Assembly (NCBI GenBank): GCA_020201525.1 | Contig: JAIVGO010000099.1 | Location: 1 to 61,020 of the forward strand | Length of the DNA stretch: 61,020 bases | Reading direction: 5' to 3' | Source of the DNA: Actinomycetota bacterium | GTDB lineage: Bacteria > Actinomycetota > AC-67 | Shown: in pieces, positions 11,001-17,127 of the stretch | How positions within the stretch are numbered: the stretch's first letter is position 1 | Layout of the letters: each line of letters starts with the position of its first letter | The notes under the pieces: model-generated | What the model was told of the DNA's origin: nothing | Database searches by the model: none | What the model saw: the letters and a program-made list of their open reading frames with translations, nothing else | Program-made: the position numbers and the translations under genes

Positions 11001-14000
11001 CGTTGCTCGTCGAAGTGGCGCCCCAGGCCCAGACGTTCGTCTGAAGGTTGACGCCTTCGACCGTGGTCGGCATCGTCGTCTCAGTCCACGCCGAACCTTG
11101 ATTGGTCGAGTATGCAACGTGAACGGTCGAGCCGTTTCCGTACACGGCGTACATGTTGCCGGCTGCGTCGCGCGACAGAACCGGGAAGCCACCGTTGTAG
11201 TACGTCCCCGACGAAGCGATGCTGCCGACGGGCTGGTTGCACCAAGTTTGCCCGCCGTTGGTGGACTTGGAGATCCACAATTGCGCGTTGAAGTTGCCTC
11301 CCGCCGGAATGGCTCCGAAGTACGCGGCCCACAGGTTGTTGGAATTGTTGGGATCCACGACGAGCGTGCCGCCGACGGTCCCGACGCCGGGAGAGCCGCC
11401 GCTGTTGGCCTGCGGCACGCACCCCGGCACGGTGTTCGCACCGCCGAGCGCGGGGTTCGGGTTGATCGACGAGCCGGTCTGCGTATAGCTGAGACCACCG
11501 TCGATGCTCTTCGCAACGAAGATCTGACTGCCGGGATACTGACGGTAGATCATCCAGAACTCAAGCGGGTTGCTCGCGGCGCCGCGCGTGTTCCATTCGC
11601 GGTCGACACTGGTGATCTGCTGGCCGGCGGGGTTGGGAGCCCACGTGGCGCCCCGGTCGAAGGACGCAGTCGTGGTGATGTTTCCGAGTGTCAGCGAGGA
11701 TGCAGCGATCACGTCGTGGCCTGTACCGGGCGAACCGGTCTGGGGATTGGCAGACGAAGCAATGTCACAATCGCCGCCGCCGGCGCCTTGGTCGGACTGT
11801 CCCTTGTACGTGAAGCCGGTCCCGGCTTGATTCACGAGCCACGAATCACAGCCCGCCGGTACGCCTTGCGGCGCGACGACGAAGGTGTCGTTTTCATTCG
11901 TGACGTGGATCGATGGTTCGGTGTCGGTGACGGAGCACGCTCCTTGGGAGCAAGCCCCTCCAGAGTTCTGTGGAACGCGCAAAGCGAGATTCGGGGTGAA
12001 GAAGCGCGACACGGGAGCGGTGACGGCGAGATTGACACTCGCCGTGTGCGTTGCATCGCTTCCCGTTCCGGTGATCGTGACGGTCGCCGTTCCTTGAGCG
12101 GCCGAGCTCGAGGCCGACAAAGTCAGCGTCGAGGACTGTCCCGAGTTGATCGTCGCCGGGCTGAACGATGCGGTGACGCCGCTCGGCAACCCGCCGGCGC
12201 TCAGCGCGATGCTCTGCGCCGACCCGTTAGTAAGTGTGGTAGCAACAGATACCGTCCCGTTCGAACCCACGACAACCGAGAGATTGCTTGGGCTTGCCGT
12301 CATCGAAAAATCGTTGGCAACCTGAACGGTGGTGCTCACGGTCGTCGCGTGGGTCGCCGACCCCCCCGTCCCGGTGACGGTCACGCTCACCTGTCCCAAG
12401 TCGGCAGAGTTCGACGCAGATAGTGTCAAAGTCGAGGATTGTCCGGAAGTAATCGTCGCCGGGCTGAACGATGCCGTGACGCCGTTCGCCAACCCGGTCG
12501 CGCTGAGCGTTACGCTCTGAGCCGTACCGCTGTTGACGGTGTTGACCGTGACGTTGGCGCTGCCACCACGGGTGATGTTCACGCTGCTGGGGCTCGCGCT
12601 GATCGAAAAGTCGTTTGTCGTAGACGACGAGCACCCGGGAAACTTGAACGACGCCATCTGCGTGGCGAACGCGGCCGTCCCGATCGAGCCGTCGTCGACG
12701 GACTCGCCGACGTACCAGAAGGTGCAGTCGTCGACGGGGTCGACGGACATCTCTGTGTAATCGCCCCACCGGTCGATCTGCTGCCCGCTTCCGGGGAAGG
12801 TCGGTTGCGCAATGATCTTCTCCGGCGTTTCCATCGTGCCGAGCGGATCGGTCGCGAGCCGTCCTGTATAACGGACACCCGGGATGACCGACGAGCTCGA
12901 ATTGCTGTAGCCGAGCGCCATGTTTCCGGACGCGTCCATCGCGATGGAACCCATCCAGCGATAGAGGGAGGTGTCCGGGTTAAACGTGCCCTGCTGGACC
13001 AGCGTGATCGAACCGTTGGCATGCGGCTGCAGCTCGTACCAGCGTTCTCCCGTCTGGTCTTCCAGCGATGTCTGCTCGCCGGCAACGCCGGTGTCAACTG
13101 AGTGAGATATGACCATCGCTTCGTGATCGCCGAAGTTCCGGTAGGCGAGGCGGTACATCAAGTACCCGCCCAGCCCGTCGAGCGGCACGCCTGACGGAGG
13201 AGTCTTTACACACGGCCGGTCGACGACCCCGCCCTGTAGGCATGCGGGCGTATATTCGGCGACCGTGATGTCCGTCGGTCCGCTGAGTGTGGTGTTCGCG
13301 GGATTGCTCCAGTCGGTGTGCATCGTGAAATAGGCCAGCGCGTCGTAGTTGCCGTCGTCCGCAAGGTGCGACGACTGGGTGAGGAACATCTCCTGCTTAC
13401 CTGCCGGCGGGGGCGTCGCCCCGTCGATCGTCGCCGGCATCAGCGCGATGTAATTGGCGAGTGCACTCGTCCCGGCATTCTCGTGTGTAAAGCATTGCTG
13501 GGTAGCCGCGGTTCCGGCGAGCATCGCAGCGCGATTGAGCGCGCAGACCCCCGACCCGTTGTCGATCGTGGCCCCATTGGAAGACAAGTCCTCGGTCATG
13601 TAATAGGCGTCGGGCCAAATGCCTACCTTGGTGTAGTCCGGCAGCCAGCCCGCGTGAGCCGCTTGGAATCCGTAGCGGTACCACGTTCCGGTTGCGCTCG
13701 ACGTCGTGGAGACGGCGAAGCAGAGATCGTCGTTGGTGACGTCGATGATCTCCATCACCCAACGCGATGCTTGCGTATCCCACAGCACGACGGGGTCGCT
13801 GTAGCCGGAGCTGCCGTTACATCCCGGGCCGGGAAATCCGCTGAAGAACGTCGTGTAGGCCGTCTGACCACCGAGCGCTCCGCACGAAGTGCCGGTCGGC
13901 TTATTGAAGACTTGGAAGCGGCTGTTGATGGCTTCAAGTACCTGCGTTGTTCCCACTGCGATCTGGGGATCCGGCGGGACCCCGTCGCCGTCGTTGCCGG

Positions 14001-14409
14001 TGAAACCGGTGCAGCTGCTGCTCGGGGAGGGGATGTTCGTCGCCGGAAAGGACGTGTCCGCGGACGCGATGCCCGGTACCGCCTGGCGGTTCCTGGGTTT
14101 TGGCTCCTCGGCCTGGTGGAGGCGCGCCACGGCGTCGGCCGGCACGGATGCCATCGAGCTGACCGGCGGTGAGATGTCGTGTCCGATCTCGGGAGTGACA
14201 CGAACCGAGCCGGACGGGCTGGCCGCAACAGCGGGCAAGGTGGAAAGGAGCGTCGCCGCGACGAACCCGGCGAGTACCTTATGGCGGCCCTTCCTCGTGG
14301 CTCTCGTAGTAACCCGGCCGGCACGCGAGCGCAGCAAAGACGAGACGGTACGAAGAGGTGATCGCATTGACCGTGCCCTTTCCCCTGGCCCCTTTTGGGG
14401 GATCTTCAC
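8074..14409 (-). CDS. giant secreted multidomain surface protein (BNR/Asp-box propeller, 2x IPT/TIG, cadherin-like and Ig-like repeats)
   Basis: Uninterrupted 2111-aa ORF with a Sec-type signal (KVLAGFVAATLLSTLPAVAASP). Four Asp-boxes are present: SFDRGATW, SIDGGLSY, STNGGQTW, STNQGSAW. Two IPT/TIG modules carry GGNIMTITGANF and GGTQVTITGSNF. Two VNDAP...TNEDT...DLDGD cadherin-like modules follow, and the C-terminal modules are Ig-like. I saw no LPXTG or other anchor. An alternative start is ATG 14367. Confidence 0.9.
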   Translation of the reverse strand: MKIPQKGPGERARSMRSPLRTVSSLLRSRAGRVTTRATRKGRHKVLAGFVAATLLSTLPAVAASPSGSVRVTPEIGHDISPPVSSMASVPADAVARLHQAEEPKPRNRQAVPGIASADTSFPATNIPSPSSSCTGFTGNDGDGVPPDPQIAVGTTQVLEAINSRFQVFNKPTGTSCGALGGQTAYTTFFSGFPGPGCNGSSGYSDPVVLWDTQASRWVMEIIDVTNDDLCFAVSTTSSATGTWYRYGFQAAHAGWLPDYTKVGIWPDAYYMTEDLSSNGATIDNGSGVCALNRAAMLAGTAATQQCFTHENAGTSALANYIALMPATIDGATPPPAGKQEMFLTQSSHLADDGNYDALAYFTMHTDWSNPANTTLSGPTDITVAEYTPACLQGGVVDRPCVKTPPSGVPLDGLGGYLMYRLAYRNFGDHEAMVISHSVDTGVAGEQTSLEDQTGERWYELQPHANGSITLVQQGTFNPDTSLYRWMGSIAMDASGNMALGYSNSSSSVIPGVRYTGRLATDPLGTMETPEKIIAQPTFPGSGQQIDRWGDYTEMSVDPVDDCTFWYVGESVDDGSIGTAAFATQMASFKFPGCSSSTTNDFSISASPSSVNITRGGSANVTVNTVNSGTAQSVTLSATGLANGVTASFSPATITSGQSSTLTLSASNSADLGQVSVTVTGTGGSATHATTVSTTVQVANDFSMTASPSNLSVVVGSNGTVSVATTLTNGSAQSIALSAGGLPSGVTASFSPATINSGQSSTLTLSASSSAAQGTATVTITGTGSDATHTASVNLAVTAPVSRFFTPNLALRVPQNSGGACSQGACSVTDTEPSIHVTNENDTFVVAPQGVPAGCDSWLVNQAGTGFTYKGQSDQGAGGGDCDIASSANPQTGSPGTGHDVIAASSLTLGNITTTASFDRGATWAPNPAGQQITSVDREWNTRGAASNPLEFWMIYRQYPGSQIFVAKSIDGGLSYTQTGSSINPNPALGGANTVPGCVPQANSGGSPGVGTVGGTLVVDPNNSNNLWAAYFGAIPAGGNFNAQLWISKSTNGGQTWCNQPVGSIASSGTYYNGGFPVLSRDAAGNMYAVYGNGSTVHVAYSTNQGSAWTETTMPTTVEGVNLQTNVWAWGATSTSNAFSGRLDIAWLGTPDASGAINTVGAGVADSQWNVYFARFDLASGTFATNIVSDHVIHTGPLCISNQSCASASNPSGPPRTLGDFITVSDGPDGIAHVAWGDDSASTNSYVNVSQETTVQPPPKVGSVLPSTGSTAGGNIMTITGANFIGVTDVKIAGQSVPYSVLRSNAIRVTMPAHGSGPVDVSVTTNKGTAVLPKAYAYQAANTCPDLTTDTSGDAANSADGGDGSNLDQLDVISASLGDYTTANGVPQFTARIVVSDLENQVPSNGTGLSWRMHWTYGGTVYFAGARYQPTATTPTAFTVGTLGTSYSTTSSSDPSSTAFDPNLTGKITLGPGGVVDVYVRPSMVGNPPANASLTSTYAIGSLTQTAPNGSGLLTQVDRAPNANSGANFTVARCYLTPLGNYAPAISSVSPTHGSSGGGTQVTITGSNFASDATVTFDGVPATNVTVDTSARIFATAPAHAAGPVTLTVTTGAGSSSISYTYDAGALDHLVLSPASATIAQGDSQSYSAEGFDQYGNSLGDVTSTTTFTIAPDGSCSANSCTATTNGTHTVTGTKAGKTGTATLQVGAVVNNAPVSQAQSVTTNEDTAKTVTLQATDLDGDVLSFAIDAGPSNGALGALGTPSCSGSAPKTCTATITYTPSANYNGADSFAFSATDGLATSSATVDVTVTPVNDAPAAQAQSVSTNQNTPKPVTLAGTDVDGNSLVFKIATLPTKGSLYAGGNTTGHKILSSELPYTLTGTTVTYLSTTTANGTDSFTFKANDGLVDSAAATVSVALGDVTPPVVPVITKPAAASLNPKSVAFSGTAEIGSTVKVYEGTTKIGQAAASGTAWNFSLTTLATGSHTVTATATDAAGNVSPASAARTFSVDAQSPGGSLTGPADSSIYLVGQEVIVTGSASDNIGVGHIVVNVRDMNGVVKTYEACTTCPATSVPSWSKSITLGLGYFDIWATIKDTAGNSGVTKTIRVYSAGV
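12016..12615 (-). repeat. two tandem ~300-nt (100-aa) coding repeats inside the giant ORF
   Basis: NDFSISASPSS...TVQVA is followed directly by NDFSMTASPSN...LAVTA. Shared blocks include GVTASFSPATI(T/N)SGQSSTLTLSAS. At the nucleotide level a ~30-nt block, cgtcgccgggctgaacgatgc(c/g)gtgacgcc, recurs about 300 nt apart. Confidence 0.85.
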
Positions 14410-14604
14410 CGAAGCCGAGCCGCCTCAGCCCTTATGTCCGGAAATGCCTGACTCTGAAGGCAAGTTCGACAAATCGAGCATTGTTCCTTCCCGCGTGGTT
14501 GACGGGGTCCTAGACTTTGGCTCGTAACGGGAAGATTGGGGGAAAAAGGAGGCCCTAGCATCTGCATGTTGCGCTGCTGACCCGCGGACCCGCACCATTG
14601 CCGC

Positions 14605-15108
14605 GTGCACAAGCCGACCGGACGAACCCTCATCGTTCAAGCGGCGTTCCTGGGCGTCGTCTCGTTGATTGCGCCTGGTTGCACCGCTCATGAACAGCCC
14701 GTCTCCGCGAAATCGGGTCCGACCCAGAGCCCACACGGCTCGTGCATCGAGGCGCCGGCGCGGGCCGCGACCCCGCCGTGGTACCCCAAGGATCTGCCGT
14801 TGCCGGCCGGGAGTTACGCGACCGACCTCAAGGGAGGGGGCCCGGTTCCGGGCTTCAGGCAGATCGTCTTCTCGGTTCCGCTCAACCTCCGGGAATTCGT
14901 GGAGAACTCGCGGAACGAATGGACAAGGAGCGGATGGATTTTCGGCACCGGTGAAGCCGAGCCGGGCGAGGCCGAGAACAGATTCTCCAAGCCGGGGACC
15001 GATCGATCTGGCGCCTTCCGAGCAAACAGCTCTTTGTGCGACACCAGACGCGTGTTGCTCTACATCATCGTCGGGAACGGGTTCGTGCCGACCCCGGCAC
15101 GATCATGA
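14605..15108 (+). CDS. hypothetical small secreted protein, possible lipoprotein
   Basis: 167 aa with the signal-like N-terminus TLIVQAAFLGVVSLIAPGC, a non-canonical lipobox. The protein composition looks normal, unlike the overlapping Arg-rich frame. It has a GTG start and no strong RBS. Confidence 0.5.
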   Translation: MHKPTGRTLIVQAAFLGVVSLIAPGCTAHEQPVSAKSGPTQSPHGSCIEAPARAATPPWYPKDLPLPAGSYATDLKGGGPVPGFRQIVFSVPLNLREFVENSRNEWTRSGWIFGTGEAEPGEAENRFSKPGTDRSGAFRANSSLCDTRRVLLYIIVGNGFVPTPARS

Positions 15109-15131
15109 CCGCTCGTGCCGAACGTGTTCGG

Positions 15132-17033
15132 TTACGAACCGCTTCGCCCGATTGACGCCGCGCGTGACGCAGCACCCCGCCGAACCCCGGCCCGGGCGCT
15201 TCTTTGCGCCTTCGCGCCTCCGGCCGCCTCGAGCACGACGAGGATCTCGTCCCCGATCAGCTCATCGCGGTCGAGCAACGCGTCGCGGAGGGCGAGCACG
15301 AGGTGAGCGTTCTTCTTGAGGAGCGCCTTCGCCTTCTGCTTTTGGGCTCGTAAAAGGAGCTCGGTCTTGCGGCGTGTTTCCGGATTCGACAGCACCCGTC
15401 CGACGAGGTCCGGGTCGAACACCCCGTCGGCGACGGCGCGGTAGGACACGAGCGAGCCGCCCATGCCGAGTGACCCCACCATCTCAGCCGCGACCCGCGT
15501 CGCCGTCGCCAGGTCTCCGGCGGGACCGGTGCCGGACTCGCCTTCAAAGATCTCCTCCGATGCCATGCCGCCGACCGAAATCGTGAGCAACGCTTCGAGC
15601 TCCGTTTGGGTCCGGGTAAACCGCTCTTCCGTTTCCGAATGCCCGAGAAGCCCCAACGCTTCGCGCCGCTTGACGATCGACAGGACTTCGAGCCTGCGCC
15701 CTTCACCGACGAGGTACGCGAGCGTCGCGTGTCCGGCTTCATGCGTGGCGATCTGGCGCCGCTCGTCGGCCGTATACGCGACGGGATGCGGCATGCCGAT
15801 TTCTTCGGTGAGCTTCGCCGTGTTGACGTCCGACCACGACAGGGCTCCGCGACCGTGACGCAGTGCAACGATCAGCGCCTCGTCGAGCAAGTGCTCGATC
15901 ATCACGGGCGTGTATCCAAACGTCATGCCGGCCAGCTCCTCCCGGCGATCATCACGGTCGAGCTCGGCGTCGTGCCTTTTCTTTCCGAGGAAGTAGTCGA
16001 CGAGCTCACGCCGGCCGCTGCGCGACGGAAGATCGAAGTAGAGGCGGCGGTCGAAGCGTCCCGGCCGCAACAGCGCCGGATCGAGTGAGTCGCCGCGGTT
16101 CGTCGCGGCAATGAGCAACACGTTTGCATACGACGGTACTTTCTTTTTCAGCTGCTTGTCGTGCGGTAGGAAACCGTTCACCCAATTCTTCAGCTTGTCG
16201 GTGAATTTCTGCAGCGCCGGAAGTGATTCGAACGACTGCATTTGAATGAGGAGCTCGTTCACGGTCCCGCCGGTCCCCTGCGACATCCCCATCCGGTTCG
16301 TCATGCGTCCGAACAGCGACGAGCGCGCGATGTCCGTCGGCACGGACGAATCGAGCCCGCCGCGCGCAGTCGCGAATGCGTCGATCTCTTCGATGAAGCC
16401 GATGGCGCCACCCTCTCTGCGCGCGGTCTTCTTCAGCGCCTTGAAGAACGTGCGAATCTTGCGCGCCGTCATGCCGTACCACATCGATTGGAAAGCGGGC
16501 CCGGAGACGTAGAGGAACGGCACACCCGCGTGGCGCGCCATCGCTTTCGCGAGGTGCGTCTTCCCCGTGCCCGGCGCGCCTTCAAACAAGAGGCCGCGCC
16601 GCGGGTTGCCCCCGAGCTCGTTGCGAAATGTGGCATACCCGAGGAATACGTTCAGCGTGCGGATGACCTCGTCGACGACCGGCCCCAAGCCTTTGACGTC
16701 GTCGAATCCGATCTCGATCTGTTCCGGCCGGTACATCACGTGCGGCGACCGGGAGTTGCCGAGCATCGGTCCGAGGATTGCAACGATCAGCAAAAGAGAG
16801 AAGAGAACGGCCGGAACCCACATGATCGGGTCGCCGCCGAGATGTGGCAGCTGGAAGATGTTGAATGGGCGGCCGGCAGCAATGCGGTACCACAGGAACG
16901 CCGAAGGCATGCCGACGATCAAGGCCAGCGTCGTCAGACGGCGCTTGCGGTGGCGTTCGCGGACGCCGAGGACGTCTGCTTGTGCGAGCGCAAGCACTTC
17001 TCGGGAGCCGAGCTTCTTGACTACGTCGTCCAC
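15132..17033 (-). CDS. FtsH-like AAA+ zinc metalloprotease paralogue
   Basis: 633 aa with two N-terminal TM segments, Walker A GAPGTGKTH, Walker B FIEEIDAF, sensor-1 IAATN, arginine finger PGRFDR and zinc motif HEAGHA. The RBS GGAGGA lies before the GTG start. Confidence 0.85.
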   Translation of the reverse strand: MDDVVKKLGSREVLALAQADVLGVRERHRKRRLTTLALIVGMPSAFLWYRIAAGRPFNIFQLPHLGGDPIMWVPAVLFSLLLIVAILGPMLGNSRSPHVMYRPEQIEIGFDDVKGLGPVVDEVIRTLNVFLGYATFRNELGGNPRRGLLFEGAPGTGKTHLAKAMARHAGVPFLYVSGPAFQSMWYGMTARKIRTFFKALKKTARREGGAIGFIEEIDAFATARGGLDSSVPTDIARSSLFGRMTNRMGMSQGTGGTVNELLIQMQSFESLPALQKFTDKLKNWVNGFLPHDKQLKKKVPSYANVLLIAATNRGDSLDPALLRPGRFDRRLYFDLPSRSGRRELVDYFLGKKRHDAELDRDDRREELAGMTFGYTPVMIEHLLDEALIVALRHGRGALSWSDVNTAKLTEEIGMPHPVAYTADERRQIATHEAGHATLAYLVGEGRRLEVLSIVKRREALGLLGHSETEERFTRTQTELEALLTISVGGMASEEIFEGESGTGPAGDLATATRVAAEMVGSLGMGGSLVSYRAVADGVFDPDLVGRVLSNPETRRKTELLLRAQKQKAKALLKKNAHLVLALRDALLDRDELIGDEILVVLEAAGGAKAQRSARAGVRRGAASRAASIGRSGS

Positions 17034-17127
17034 GGTTCCTCCAGGCGGCGCTCAAATTAGATAGTGCCATGACCCGGCGGTCGTATCGATACCTCTTTCG
17101 GGCTAGTCCGGCCCTCGGCTCGCCGAA

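Noticed and set aside
8275-14527. Numerous 60-440-aa ORFs on both strands inside the giant gene (e.g. 11098-12423, 13318-14172, 9698-10708)
   Set aside because: All overlap the single uninterrupted 2111-aa frame, which carries recognisable Asp-box, TIG and cadherin-like motifs. The alternatives are Arg/Gly-rich and motif-free.
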